A stretch of DNA of 64,000 bases, from positions 13,268,001 through 13,332,000 of the forward strand of contig NC_081331.1 in the NCBI RefSeq assembly GCF_022539665.2, written 5' to 3'. Positions 26,230-41,900 of this stretch are shown here, piece by piece (positions within the stretch are counted from its first letter, which is position 1; every line of letters starts with the position of its first letter). The notes below the pieces were generated by a model. That model searched no databases, was not told where the DNA came from, and saw only the letters and a program-made list of their open reading frames with translations. The DNA comes from Daphnia carinata (taxonomy: Eukaryota). A program made the position numbers and the translations under genes.

Positions 26230-29200
26230 TCTCTTTCTCTCCTCAGCTGGTTCCTTGACTGTATAAATTATCATGCCCAGAATCCCGGCGCTTTAATTCT
26301 TATTTTTTCTTTTAAATTCTGATGTCTGACTGCCGCTGTTGCTGGTACGACGGCAAAGCTATCCAGTCATCAGGTATTCATAACCCGACCTGTTCTTTTT
26401 TTTTTATCTCTCTCTTCCTTACCTCCCTCTGTCTCTCCTCCTCTCTGCATCCAATCAACGCTGCTGCATGACTTTATAAAGCGCATCACGATTCTATCAA
26501 TTCTGTTATTTCTTTCTATGTTTTTTTTTTTGTTTTTTTTTTTTATTTTAAAGTCTGTCTCTTTTTCTTTCTTTTTCTTTTTGACTTGTTTCCTATTTCA
26601 GAATGGGTTGCATTTGAATTATTTATGCGTTATTCACCAACAACCTTTCTCTGTCGTTCAAATAGACAACAGCATCACGAAAAAGTAATCAATCAACTTC
26701 GATGAAACCTCACTGCTGTTAATTCGAAATTCCATTTGAGATGTATATGCATATTATATGTATATATATATATAGCTGTTTACATAGTCACTCTTGTCGC
26801 TATGTCGATGTTAACATTTTCCTCGGAATATTCAGTTTCACGCAGGGCTTGGCGGCCGCGTTTCTTTCTTTCACGGCGCTTTATACAGTTTCATATACAC
26901 ACGACTGTAGGCATCAGACTTTTCGAATTCAATAAAGTCATTTATTATTGAAATAGTTGTTGGGAGGGGGGGGGGGGGTTGAACCTTTCGAATTTCAAAC
27001 GCACCATCCGCTCGCGGGGTTATACAACATCGAATAAGAGAAATACTTGCGTTCCAATTGTGAATCATTCAGCGGTTCGATTTCGTGAAAGCAGCTGTAA
27101 CCCACAGTCCAGGTCAAAGTATATTGGCTATAGTACAGTATATATCTTATTTGTTTATAGACTTTGAAACGAATGCGCTATCAACAAAATACGTGGTATC
27201 GATGGAAATTCGTTTCAACATTGAAGTCGTTAAGTGACACCGCCGTGCGATCGAATTGCTTTTGAAAAATGCATTATTGGACTACGTATTCAAACAGTGC
27301 TTGCTCCGATGAAATTGATTTAAACGAAAAATGCTCGAATTCGATGGGAGTTGTGCATATTTCTCAATTGCATTTCAAAGACAATTCGATTGTCTTTGAG
27401 ATAAGAGCCAAAAAAGTTCAGGGTTCTTATATTTAAAACTCGTGTATTAGTTCTGCTCAGTGCTGATTGGGCGTTCTTCTTCTTTCCGCTGGCCGATAGG
27501 CTAAACAAGAGGCCCTGCATAGGCAGGAGGAAAAGCTGGTTCATTGTTAGGGCCCTTCTTTTTTTCGTTCCCCACGCATACAATTCACAGGGCAGACGGA
27601 GCACAAAAGATTAGGGCGGTTTGTTACCTGATTGGTTAACATAACTTTGGCGGCCACGAAGAGGGGAGGAAGAATCGAAAAGGACATCACAGTTCCCCCG
27701 TCCCTCCGCCGGTTATAAATCACTCGCCAGGAGGCACTCTCCAGTGGGTTCCGAAGGGGGGGTTCCGAGGCACCCCAATATGTTGAACTTTTTTTTTATT
27801 CTTTCTTCTCCCCCCCCCCCCCCCCCCTCACTAAAAAACTCTTAGCACACACACACACACACGGAAAACGAACAGATATGTAGGGGGAAAAAAAAAACGG
27901 GCTTCCTGCTGTGTCGCCAACATGGACGATGATGGACCCAACCAGCAAAGTATTCTGTCTGTGTGTACATCTTCTCTCTTTTCGAAATAAAAAAAAAAAC
28001 AGTCCGTGTGTTCTCTCTTTCTACATGAGCCGCCATCGTCGCTGACGACAACGAGCTGAGCGAATAGAATGCTCTTCTCCAACAAGGACGACATCAGTTT
28101 TGCCTGAATAAGAAAAGAGGGAGAAAGAAGAAGAAGAAGAAGATAAAAAAAAAGCCAACATGAAGGCGTTTAGGGACCACACCTGGAAGTCGTCGTCAAA
28201 CCTTTCAAGCGGATATCAAACAAAAGCCTCTTTTGTTCGAGACAACATAAATCGAGTTTTTGTAATAAAATACTTGCGTGCGTTTTGCTCGCCGTTTGGT
28301 ATAGATGTGTTCGTCTACAAGACGTTCTCCGTGTGTGTGTGTTGACTTGAGTATTTGAATTTGTTTAACGGTGATGGTATGTACGTTTCACTGAGCCCAA
28401 ATGTCCCAGACAAACTACCCAGCAGTTCTATATGCCGGCATTTCTATTGTTGTCAAGGTGTCGATTCTCTCTGCTGGCAAAAGGGTGAGGTACGACCACG
28501 AGCAGCATTGAAATCGGGGGGGACTTTTCAGCTTCTGCGCTCATTTCCCGTTTCGATTGTTACTAAACTAGGCCTAGCGCAACGCGTATTGTGAAATACA
28601 AGGTCTGTTTTTCGTTTGTGTTGTTCTTGTAAACTCGGAGAATCGTCGATGAAACTATGGCATTTTCAGTTAGTTCTTGAGACAATCCAAATGTTTAAAG
28701 TTTCTAGGACGTTAAAGATGGAATTATATTTGATCAGGGCGTCACATCGCGATATACTGAGGAAGTATCATTATTGTTCGATCGACAAAGGGAAATGAAC
28801 CTGAATTTGAACAAAAAAAAAAAAAAAAAAAATGAAACATCTGTACATGAAAAAGCATTTTGACCCGATGGCCTCGCGTAATTGACGTGCTGACTTTCTA
28901 TAGCTCCACTTCACTTATAACCGTGGGCTCATAATCACGATGGAGATGATGATGCAAGAACGGCGGCATGACCCCAGCAATCAATGAATAATTGAGACGA
29001 ATGTGTCCCTCCCCGCGCATCGTGTTACAACGCCGCTGCTAAACGTCATCAACTGCGTACACAACATAAACGCACGTTCGGGATACAATGCCTTCCTTTT
29101 TCCTTTTTTTTTAATGATTTTTCTTAAATAGCATTTTAATGCGCACATCCAACATTATAGACGTGGGAGTCTTTTCCGTTTTTTTTTTTTTTTTTTTGCT

Positions 29201-29419
29201 CTTTCACGCTTGCCAACGATGACAATCATGGCTGGCAGCGCTATAATGCATGTTGCGAGTAAATTGCTGATTAGACAGGTAACCTTCTTTTGTGTTTTAT
29301 GGTAATACGTTATCATTAAATGCTCGATTCCAGTTGACCTCCTTCCACCACATACCGATCTCCATATGGAAAGAAAATGAAAACCCACCAGATGGCATTC
29401 ATATTTCCTTTTTTGTTTT

Positions 29420-29975
29420 TCTCTCAGTCCATTCTCTCCGAATTTAGGCCTAGAATGGGAAATCATTTTCGAAAGCGGAAGACTCGAGATAAAACGCGTT
29501 TCAGGATTGTAAATTGTATGAGAACCCCATTTGATCTATACTGCTCTAGTTATTCATAAACGTGTTTGTGTTCCCTATGAGTTTTGGCGTGAACTATGTC
29601 GATTTTTTGAGCAAAACGGAATTAAAGAGGTTTTCAACGAAAGCTTTGAAAACGGAACTTTGAATGCGGATAACTCAAAAACTACAAGTCGTACGTAAAA
29701 TCGACGTCAATTTTCGTGATCCTCGTTGGATTCTTAATCGAAATCATGTGTAGTTTGTTCCATATTTTGATTTTGGCTAAAAAAAGGAATAAGCCCGAGT
29801 TTTCGGCCCGTTATTAAGCCCGAGTTTTCGGCCCATTATTAAGCCCGACGTTCTCGTGAAAAAATTTAGACCTTAAAATTTTAATTAAATATGAAAATGT
29901 GTACAGAAACTGAGATTTATTACGTATTTATTATGTCATACTTTCGCACAGTTATACGCAGTTATACGCAAATAA
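29420..29975. mobile_element. MITE-like or transposon-derived remnant with short tandem repeats (approximate bounds)
   Basis: Two and a half tandem copies of TAAGCCCGAGTTTTCGGCCC(G/A)TTAT at ~29790-29850, sharing the TAAGCCCGA core with ~8387-8414, plus a GCAGTTATAC duplication near 29950-29970. No coding remnant. Confidence 0.35.
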
Positions 29976-32900
29976 TAGCTCGTTTTTTTCACGTGATTCC
30001 GTAAATTAATGTAATATACCATCACTGGGTTGAAATGTCGTTCGTATTGCCGAAACAAAGTAACGTCAACCATCATTTACTGCAACTTGTTTGTCGCCAC
30101 CAATTCTGAAAAGAAATCAAGTACAGCCAACAAAACATTAAAGTGCGGTACTTTTGTGCGTTGGTGTTTGTTTCTATTCTTTTTCCCCGTCGATGTTCGA
30201 GGTCGTCGTCCATGCAATTGCAACGTATGGAATATAGACTGTACTTACTCCCGCTGCGTTATAGTTTCATAGATATCACGAGGAGCCCGCAATGCTCGGG
30301 CAGTAAATAAGATACTCCCCACAACTACTGTATACACCTCGCCAAACCGAAAGAAAAAAAATAATAATAAAAATACATGGCACCAGGTAGCCGTGGGAAA
30401 AAAGAGCGTTCGTAATCATTTCGTGGAGACAACGGCAAGGGGACCAATTAGGTCGTACGTAACACAAGTCATTTAGTGCAATCACCACACATACGTGATT
30501 TCTACATACCAACAGTATACAGTCTCACCATTATCACACGTATAGGCCTTCACAATGTGTAAAAAAGAAACAAACTTCGAACATCAAAGAAGCCTCACAT
30601 TTAAACAGCATTTCTTCTTCTTGAAATCGCCTAACTAGGCCAGTTGTGTTTTGAAGTTGTTCGGCCGAAAAGAGTAGGAGAATTTAGGAGCCCCCCTTTA
30701 AACCCCTTCATTAAAAATGCTTAAGCACTTTAGACTATACACAGGAAATCGAATACACGTACAGTATATGTATATTCGTATGCGTATAATGACACCTGGT
30801 ATTTATCTCTATCCTCGCTTTAAGTGGATATACGCAACAGGACCTGGAAAGGGAACAGAATAAGGCGATCTTTCAAATTGGTTAACAAGTCAGCAACCCT
30901 GTTTATGACCCTCATCCATGTAGCGCTATGGCAACGCATTTTGACCATTTCTTTTTGTCTCTTTAGAAAATGAGGGAGAGACGAAGAAAACTTAAGAAAG
31001 AAAGTCGACCTCTACTATGTTTTTCATTTATATCGCCTTTTATTTTCTGCATGTTTACGGCCAATCCAGGTGACGTGCTGTTGTTATATACTCGTTTTAA
31101 TGAGGCAAAAAAAACAAACGATGCTGGCACCAGGAACTCGCTTACTGACCCGCAGCTGAGTTTGCTGCTTTTCCACAAAAGACAGGGAGAAAACGAAGAG
31201 AGAGGGGGGGAGGGGGGGTTCCTCTTTTCATTTTTAGGCCCCACTTGCCCTTCTCGCTGTGAGAAATATTGCACGTAAATATTCAAGTTGCTGACTGCCT
31301 TTTAGGTTTTATGATTTAAAAAAATAAAAATGATTCAATTGATTTCAATTAGACGTCTCGTGATAATTTCGTGGATATTTCATTATGTGCAACAGATTGC
31401 CAATTTTAATGCAATGCTTTCAACTGTTATGGACAACGAATAATCATTATCCGTCTCCAAATGTGCTTTTTTCGCTTGATTATATATCCTTGTCGACGAT
31501 CTCATTTTGCTCTGAATAACCTTTTGCATTGTACTGTAGCACAACAATTGACAGCTACATTTGTTGCGAAGCGTTCCTCGTGCCAACTCGAGACTGTACA
31601 TTAAAAAAAAAAAAAACGGAATGAAATCATACGAAAGTCGTAAGCGCAATACGCCTGAATGACGTACGCGTTCAACGTTGACGAGTCGATTAGCTATATC
31701 CAACGTATAAGAATGGACCTATCTTATTACGGAGTTTTAATTGAAAAAAAAAAAAAAAATAAACAAACAAACAAGGAATAACATTATGTTGGGGATTCTT
31801 ATATAAGCACGACTTGGTCAAGGGCACGGGAGTTTTTTTTTTTTTTCCATTCTTTTGGCCTCACTGTTCGCACTCGTTCAGTACAAGGCCCGAAAGCGAC
31901 GACAAATAGCCCTGCGTATATTCGTCTGCAAAATCAAAATGAACCGATCAATCTTTTTACCCTTTCACATGTTGATAATCAATTGTGTGTAAACCGGTGC
32001 GCATATATATATATATATATATTTGATCTTCGCACAGCGTGAGGTACACGTGCGAGCAGAATAGGCGTGGTCTCTACCACCATTTCTGTGTGGAGTGTGT
32101 GTGTGTGTGTGACACGTAAAAAAGACAGATCCGTGTAAGCCGGTGATCCAAGGGAAATGAAAAAAAGGGGCAGGGGAAGCAAAAATGGTACGCCTAAGCT
32201 TCTTATTTGAATACGCAAAGAAGACATGACAACCGAGAGAAAAGGTAGAAGGTAAGCTGTTCATTGTCTTGCCTCGACACCAACCCATACGTCAGTCTTG
32301 ACTTTCGCGCGCATCTATGCTCTCTTGGCTATCACGTTAATCTCTTAATCCCCGTCCTCTGAGATGTAGCATTCCAACTCTTTCTCTCAAGAGTTTTAGC
32401 AAAATCTCGTTTTGTCTTTGAACCGAAATTCGAATTGTCTTTTGTTGACGTTGAGTTTTGAGGTCTTATTCTTCTTTGTTTGAGAATCCAATAGTTTCGG
32501 TAGGTAGACTCGATATTGCATTTTTTCGTTCGGTAAGGTGGAACTCAGGCCTCAGATTCAACAGTTTTCTCAAAAGCCATTTCTTTAAAATAAAACGGAA
32601 CATTTAAATTCCCCCACTTAAATAGTTTGCAGCAAATTGCTTTCAATTGAAGTTCCTCGTTTACTGAGCTGTCTGAGCGAATGTTAATTGAAAGGCATTC
32701 AAGCGCATGATCAGTCTTTCCTAATTAGAGCGTTAGTGACATGTACGAATGTGTTGGTTTGAACTTTTTTTTTTCTTTCTTCCTAATACAGAGCAGAACG
32801 TTTTTCTCTTTGAGGGCATATTTGATCTTTGGCCGTCGCGTTCTCCCCTTTCTAACTATTCCGAAATAATACGAGGCTTGAGCGGCACCCAGAATTTTCA

Positions 32901-35900
32901 ACATTCTTGGCCTCCTATAACGAAAAGAAAAAGGTAGACGGAGGAGGAGGAGCAGAGAAAAGAAGGAGAGGACCAAAGATGGCCGTTGAAAACAGGCAAG
33001 TCTGCTGTTCACCCATCAGCACCCAATAACCCGAAGGCACTTCACTCATTCCCAAAAGGTACTTTTACAAGAAGAAGGGAGATTTTCTTTTTCTTTAAAA
33101 AAAAAAATCCATCACAGATAATATCTATAAAGCTCTTCTTCAAACGATTGCGCACGGAAATTCAATCAGCGCTATTCTTTTTTTTTTAAACGCTGGCTAA
33201 TTTTATATCTTTATTTTATTAGAGAAACACACCGACAAGAAAAACAACCGCTAGCAGAAGAGAAAGAAAAAAAAAAAAAATTCCCTTACTGTGAATCCCC
33301 CCCCCCCCCATCATTATATGCGATTATTAAGAGTTGATGAACAAACTTGTTGTCTGAGAAAAAATATAAAAAATTGGCTTTTCCATCGCTATACGATGGA
33401 TGCGGAGTTGATGCGCGCAAAGTGAAGATCTGTGGGTTGTTTGTGTGTGGTCCTTCGAATTTTTTTTTCTTTGCCTTCAAGTGGGCGGTGTTTGGCGTGA
33501 CAACCTCCCGCTAGCAACGCACGGCAGGTCGTCTTCGATTCGAGTCCTAACATGGCCTCTCTCGGTTTTTTCACTGCGCGTTCCTTTCCTATGTTGTTCT
33601 ATCCATTTCTCTTTTCTGTTTATTTTCATTCCTTTTTTTTTTTTCACAGCGTTTTTTTTTCTTCTGCGACGAGCACAACATCCACCTTTCAACCGATAAA
33701 TCAGAATGCTCTTCAACAGGCGATGCAGAGAAAGAGCCCCACCCGCTGATTTCCCCTATCCATATAAGTCGAAAAGAAGAGCCGTTTAAGCCAATTTAGG
33801 ATGACAAGTCGCTAATTTCACCATTTCAATGGAAATTTTTTTTTCCTCTTCCTATTTAAGAAAAAAAAGGAGGGAGAAAGAAAGAAATGAGCTTGCACAC
33901 ATACACCACCACCAACCGATTGGAAATTGTTCAGTTGGGGGGGGGGGGGGGGGACATTTTGTGGCTGTTGGCGCTCTTCAGCTCTCCTTCTTCAATTTGG
34001 GATGTTGGACCTTTGATGGCTCTTTGGTCCGAAAAAACATGTTAGCGTCTAATGGGAATTCTTACATATCCTCCGAACCTAAACAGCGCGTTTGAATATG
34101 CGCAGCCTGTTAAGCTTCTTTTTTCAATGACCGCCATTCTATAACATTTCTAAGAGATACAGAATAATAAATACTCAAAATGTACATATTCAAAACTTGA
34201 CCTTTTCTATGATTAATAAGCAAATGGCTTAAACATGTTGGATAGTATGGGCGCGCCTGAGATGTAGACACCACTCTAAATTCGGCAGGAAAAATCGCCA
34301 TCAATCATCGCTCTGTGGTGCGCTTGTTAGAACCTGTGCGCCACGAAGAGCTTCCAAATGCTTGTAGCTCATCACACTCAATATATTTTGACCGTTTGTT
34401 CTATTTTCTACGTAACGTTGGCTGACGTCTTTGACGTTATTCTTAATGGCTCATAGTTGAGGGAACGTTTCAAAAGCCTTTCGGAAGGCCAACTCAAGGA
34501 ACTTGGCTTACGACATGTCAACCGAGGATTGCATAAAAACGGGGATTTTTTTCCCGAATACAATTTATGAAATGCACACCGGAATAAGTGGGCAAATAAA
34601 AACCGGATTTAGGACGTGAGAAAGGTTTTAGAACTATAATTCGTTGGCTGCCATCAGCTGTTACAATAAGCAACACCCATTTCTAATCGGAGAAACAAAT
34701 CAGTACATACATCAAACTCTTAAACACGAACCACTTAAAACATCGTGTCGTGCACAGTCCCGCCTTCCTTGCGCAATTGTCTTCCGAGTGGGCAAAACGC
34801 AGTTAACATTGCCAATAAATTTTAACGACGTCGAAAAAAAAAAAGAAGTCTTGCTTTTTAATCGGACGTTAATGTAGTTGAGGGATGGCATATGAGTATC
34901 ATCAGCAATACAACGATTCCGCGTACTTTAAAGTCGGCTGTAAATGAAACATCAAACACAAGTATCATAAAAAAAAAAAAATGAAATAAAACTTTGGTCG
35001 CTTGCCTTCATTGCCACGGTCGTCATTATACGATATCCAATGAAAAAAAAAGGAGCAGGTAGAAGTTTGGAATGCTCGGTGCAACGTACCGGTATATATA
35101 TACATATATATATATATAGTCATTATAGTTTAATGGAGATATGGTGCCGATAATGAAGGCAATAAAAAAACTACGAGGAACAATAACACGGCGGTCCTTT
35201 ATAGACATACTCGTTGGTCGTTCGTTTTCCAAAAAAAAAGACGATCGGCCTTTCTTTTTAACCCATTTTTTTTTTTTTTTGGGGTTTCCTTGACGGCGGA
35301 ATGTTTTCGTCCATTTCGCCGTTGTGAACCCTGAACTGTATAGTTACTGTATATGGTACTTTCGTTGCCCCAATTGTCATTATGTAGACCGTTTTCCAGT
35401 ACGGAATGTCTTTTGGTTTCAAATCCCAATAGGATCGCTGATTGCTTTTATTGACGGCGGCCGTTGGAGTTGGCGGCATTTTTTAAAGACGACCCTGCCA
35501 AATATTGCCAATAAACATGACGGTTTTTTGGCTTTTTAAGTTCAATTTTTGATCGATTTGTTTCACATTTTATCGATGCCCTTTCTTTCTACGTACAGTT
35601 CAAACAGGGAAATAGCTCTGGATGAAAATGTTTGGCCGTTTTTGCGCTCCGCACAGCCGAAATGGCAAATAACTTTGAAAAGATAAGCTCGATCATCAGC
35701 GGGTTAGGGTACTTGGCTATTTATTATTTTATTACGTTCCGCCAAAAAAAAAAAAACCTCTTTAACAACCATTAAAAGAAGTTAAGGTGAATTACACAGC
35801 GCTCGTTTCAAAAGTAGGAAATAAAGCAAAGCGAACTGCTCTGCCACCAAAGACCATTACTACATTGTGATCATGTTTCTAAATGACAATTATTGGGGAC

Positions 35901-38900
35901 TATATAAAATATTTTTTTTAAATCTGAGAGTCTATTAAAGATAATAAAAAAACTAGAGGCACTTATTGCCGATCGAATGCGTTATGGCCATCTCCGGTTA
36001 TAAACTGCCAGCACTGGCCGCCACCACCCAAATGTGCGGTGGTTGACGCTTGGCTGTGATAGCGGTGGGCTATTAGCCAAACACAAAAGGGTGGCTATAA
36101 AATCTATATATATTTTCTTCTTGTCTTTATAGTCCTATGACGCAGAGGGTCTATAGCTGAGCTTTAGTTGTAAATATATTCACTCCGGCCGATGTTTACG
36201 TGGTCGTATATAGACTCGCGGAATTGAAAGAAAGTCGATGCATCGGACTGCGCGTCTTGTATAGGTTGAAGAGCAACATTTTCTCACGGGCTTTTTTTCT
36301 TACTCGCTTTCTGGTGGCCTTCGCTTTCCCACCGTTAAATTAGAAGAAACTATATAGAGATTGAAACGTCGTCAAGCTGTCCAAAACGCCTACCTCCGAA
36401 TAGGATATTGCGCCTTTTGTTTTGTGAGTGCTGCCTATCTGTGCAGCGAGTCTCAGCCTTTTTTTTTTTTCTGAGCTGACAACAGAACCAAAAGAGGCTT
36501 CCCTTTTTTTTTTTTTTTTAGAATCATGTATTGCGGGTCATAAAAATAAAAAGGCAGTCGCACAGTTGCGGTCTTCTTCGATACGGTTGGACATCAGCGG
36601 ACAGCACACATTTTAGCTTTCTCCGTAAAAAATAAAAGGAATACGTATAAATTTAGTATGTAAATATCTAAAATATTTTAATTCAATAGTCTTCTTTCTG
36701 TCTATCTTGATACTGAATTTTTATTGGTATAAGGTAAAATGTTTTTGAGTCATACGTATCTTGTGTCGTTGCCGAACCATCGACGTATAGCGTACGTCAA
36801 AAGCTTATGGTTCGACTATAAAGGCAGCAATGCGAAGTTGAAAACAGGCTAAACGACAATAAGTCGAAGACTGTATGTAAAACAGGTTGTAAAAAAAAGA
36901 AGAAAGAACTTGGTTGAAGGGTTTATTTCCATTTTCATGCCAATGTTACTATATAAAGCATGTCGTACATGGTGTGGGCTGCTGGATGTCAACATCTTCT
37001 TTCTCTTCTATAGTTTCTGTTGCAAGCGCAGCGTATTCTCTTCCAACGAAGAAGGTTGTTGATAGCGCAACGTGACTAATTCGTTTCGAATATATGCCCT
37101 TCCAGGTGTCACCACAATTGACTGTGGCCCGACGTAATTTTACATGAAAGAAAGGTGGGCTGCATGGTTTTCTCGGCTAGCAATTGTTTATGGCTGCAAC
37201 CCAACGGTGTCAATAAAAAATTGAGGGGCTGTTGGGTTGATTGGATAAGAAAGAAACTCCTCTTTCGGGTTGTAAATAAAATGTTCCTCATCGGTTGTCA
37301 CTTGTACATCTATAAATATAAGACGGTGGTTTGTCTGTTTTGCTCTAACGTTTCGGGGCAAGCGGGCTGACGTGCAATTGGGAGAAGTCCAATCATAGTG
37401 TTGGTAATAAGCGCACCTGAAACCGCATCCGCCGTGGCTATTTTTAAGTATGTACCCCCACGGAGACGTTCTAGCTCATTCGGATGTGGAAGGCGGACGT
37501 TACTTGATAATTACAAGACAATACAAAGCCCAATCGAGTGTCGCGTCATTTGACTTGTTTACGAATCTCGATCAGCAAGTTGGCCTCAAGTATTGGTGGA
37601 AACCGATAGTGATCTCCACCTGGTTTGAACACCTTGGCTAACAGAGAGAATGAAAGGGGAAAACGTTGGAGCTCTGCGGTGAAATAAAAAACCATTTGAA
37701 GTGTTTATTTCGATTGTTTCTTGATGAAACGACCATATAATTTATACGATAGACACGTTTTCGCGTGGCTGGTAGGAGATGAAAGTGTTCAGTTGCAAAA
37801 GTGACTCAATAGCGGCATTTTTATTTCAAGGCATGTCCATTAGAAAAAGAGAAAGAAAGCTATAAATTCACGGTCAAATAGATTTCAGCAGTCCTAGAAG
37901 CTCCATGAGAGTGTTTTTCACGTGATATAAAGCATTCACTTCGCAAATGGTTTGTGACCGTTGGCAATTGTATCAATAGAAATAGGAATCAGCTGAAGAA
38001 GTGAGCAACTCGTTCTACAGTTTGTCCTTTCTCATTGCACAATTTTCAGTGGTCGATGGTGAAAACCAACGAAAGACATCCATCAAATCCCACACTAATA
38101 CATGATGTAAAAATCTCACAGCCTTTTTTGTTTACTTCTGAGTTGTCAAATGGAACAGTTAAAAGCAATACTCCCAAGTCACAATGTTTCGGCATACCAT
38201 TTTCAATTCTGTAGTTTGATGGGCACTGCGTCTGTCCTTGCGTTTTCTATACGCGTACTGTTTACACGTAGACCCATAGGTAAAAAAAAAAAAAAGTGGG
38301 ACCAACCAGGTTGTAAAAACCCGTGGCTAATATTGACCAGGGGAAGTCTTTGTACATATCTGTGTGTGACAGGCGAAAGAGAGAGAGAAAGGCTGAGATT
38401 TTATAGATGGAACTGTCGTTTCCCACAGTCACGTTGGCCAGGAGGTCGTATTTTAAAGCGATGGCAATCTGTAATATTTTGCGTCGAACTGAAGGCTACT
38501 CTTTTTGCAACATGTGCAACCTATTTTTTTTTTCCAGTCCCATCATAAAAAAACGTAGAAAAACAAAAGTTCAGTTGCATTTTCAACGAATGAAAATCAC
38601 GTAAAATGCATGAATTGAATATATTAAATAAGCAAGCGGCTGCGTTCAGTCGGTATCCACTGGATCACATAACCGAACAGCCTCAACTCATATTCTTTCG
38701 TCTATATATTCTTTTGCGGGATGTCACAGCAAGTGGGCAGATGTTCCCACTTGATTTCGACGTTTTATGTACACACAAAAGACACATATAAGCATCGCAA
38801 CGTATAACAGCATTTTCATTTGCGGTTTGCCCATCCGAATGGCTAGTAGCAGCTTCTTTCAACGTGTGTATACAGCAGCAGCTGGGTCCTAACCAAATAT

Positions 38901-41900
38901 AAAACATCTTCTGCCTTGTTCTCATTTCACCCCGTATGTGTAAAAGAAAGAAAAAGGCACACGATCTTAACGACCGCGGAACAGTTCCCAGCATCAGGCG
39001 CGTCGTTGCAAGCTGATTGCTTTTCTGTGTGCTATATCTTTTTTGTGTTTTTTTTTTTTTTCATACGAAGACGTCTGCTTGTCTCGTATAAGCCAAACTA
39101 CGGAAATGCTATCTGATCTATAAAAAATTTGATGACGCATTACTGAAAAACGTTGAACGTTTGTACCCACGCGCATTTCAGTGGGAGAACACACCTCATT
39201 AAAAACGAAATCGTTATAACCGTATAGCATTTAAATCTTTAAAGATCATAATCAGCTTGATGCCGTAACGTAACAGGCTTGGTGAAGTGATACTTTGTCC
39301 GTGTAAGTAATACACAAGCGCGTCATTTTATATCCCTCGTTTTGGGTGGTGTTCAATTTTTATACAGGAAATCAGTTTTACCCAAACGCATATAGTGATA
39401 TGTTTTAAATATGAGGTATTATATGGAGAAGGCGCGTGGCTGTCGTTACTGTCACCGCTGCCCATCAAAGGGGGAGAGACGTTACGTGAATGAGCAAACT
39501 GACACGCATGAAATCTTGGTCGCACTCGTCAAATGTGTCTCAGCGAGAGAGAGAGAGAGAGAGAGGCCCCCGTAGGTGACGTTTGAGTATAAAGAGAATA
39601 ACAAGTCACATGACGGAGAGTTCATCAGAGGCATCAACAGCAGCCGCGGAATGCTGGAATCATATATGCAAGGCAACGCTCGATCGCCAAGTCCCTTTTT
39701 CTTTTTTGAACACTCTCCTCATCTTTCTTTTCCCTTCACCCCATAACGGCCCTGTGTTTCCTCCTATTTTTCTCGTCTTCTTTTTTTTTTTTTTTACATC
39801 GACGAATATTTCAAAGATGTTTGATGGGCCATTCAAAACTTTCTCGCTTCCACACAGGAAAAGGACGAGACCCGACGTGTCGCTTTCGAGCACGTGCGTC
39901 GTTGACACATGAGTCTCATTTCAAATGCAGCGCTCGTTCACTAAACAGCCACGCAATACGCAGAGTTGAACACATTTCGTTAGGGAAAATCACGGATAAA
40001 AAAAAAACGCAAGGCATTCATTTAACGTCCAATTTCAATAAGAAAAATCAAAGAAGGAAAAATGCGCTGCGTGGGATTTAAAAAAAAAAAGTATAGCCAT
40101 TATTTGGGATAGAACCTAATTGAAGCGAGCGGGAGTTACGGCTCGAGTCTTCAAAAATAAAGTGAGTGCCTTTGGCAGAAGGCAAAAGAGCTAATCAAGG
40201 TATACTGTTGAAATAAACCATATTTCCTCAAATTGAAAGAAATAAGGAAGAACGAAGGGGAACGCCATGCCGCAAAATAAATTGTGCATCGTGAGCTTTA
40301 AACAGGTATGAGACGTGAGTTAGACGACAGAAAATTCAATTGAAAAGACGGACGAAAGAAAAAAAGAAAAAAAAATCCACGCGTGAATTGATAAAACAAC
40401 TTCCTGAACTAAATGATTTTTTTTTTTGTTCTGTGGTGCCTGCCGTTGTTGTTGTTTTCGTTCAGTGTTTCACGCGGGTGATGATTGCCCTGCCTTGTGG
40501 CTGAATATAACGTGGCCGCAGCGTTGTGTGGTCGGGACTGATTGGTTCGTTGACTCTCTTTCTTTAGCCAACACACACGAAGCAGACAAAAACAAGCGCG
40601 CAGACAAACAAATAATGTGAGAACCGTGTAATCACGCCGTCTCTCTCCCTTTCTCCCTCAATAAAAATATAAGACTCGAAAATGGTGACTCCCTTTTGTG
40701 GTGGCTCTTGCGCGCTTATAGCTTGTACCCACCATCACAGACTGGCAAGGCTATACAAAATAACATTCCACCAATCGGGACTGAACAAAGCATGACCATA
40801 AATAGTCTATGTCTGACTATGGGAAAAAAAACAAAAGAAAAAACAGAGAAAAAGAACGAACCCCGTTATTTGAGTCTCGCGCCCACTTCGATCCCAATTG
40901 TTTCTGGCCCGTTGTGGTTCTCTCGAGGTAGCTGATTGCACGAACAGATCACTTGCACGGACTTCCATCGCGTGAACAGAATACATCATTTTTTTTTTGT
41001 TCTTCTTTTTTAATCGCCATAAAAATAAACTTATAGCGGTTCAACAGACCAAGTGCTGTTGTGAGGTAACAAAGCATGTTATTAACTGAGCCATATATAT
41101 ACAGTTTAACGAGTCGGCCGCTTATCATCGATTACCCAATGTCAGGCTTATGGTTCGTACGATACGAATGTATTTCAGTTAAACTATGAGCCCTATAAAT
41201 CTAATGGCATCGACAGTATTTGCCTACTGTTTTTTGTTTTTCGTCGTCTAGTTTATCAGCGATAAATAGAGCCTGGTCATCCCAGGGTCTTCGAGACTCG
41301 AATACAAATGACTGTCCCATTTGCAACGCGTGACAGATGCATTGCAAACTATATAGCAACCTTCCGGCATATCGAGTTTAAAAAAAAAAAGCAAGTACAA
41401 CGCGGGAGTTTTATTGCACCTCGATTGCCAAAAATCCTCCATTGATGACGTATAGATAATTGTCAAGGTCTGCTCAGATTTTGTTTTATGACCTGAACCT
41501 TTTTTTTTTTGGAGGGGGCACTGACTGTGTATACGAAATCAACCAATTCTGTTAGCAAAACGAAAGTTAGAACGAAACAAAAAATGTATCTACTAAGTAA
41601 GGGATGTGTATAGAAGAAAAAAAAAAGGAGAATACAAATGGCAAGACATCAGTATAAGTGCAGGTGGGCCATTGTTCTGTCTAACCGAGCCACGACAAAT
41701 GTAAGGCTAAAAACCATGATGGGAGGGGAGGAAAAAGAAGAAAAAAAAAACACAGTGAAATGGATTTTTTTTTTTTATGGGACCCGGGGGTGAAAATGCA
41801 GTGCTAATCACCGCGATTTGTTGTAGCTACCTTAAGCTTGACGTCGACCCAACTTGAGTGCTCAACTCGACAAGTTACAGCAGTATAACTCAGGCCCGAA

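Noticed and set aside
29790..29850. CRISPR-like short repeat array
   Set aside because: Eukaryotic context, contiguous repeats without unique spacers, and no cas genes.
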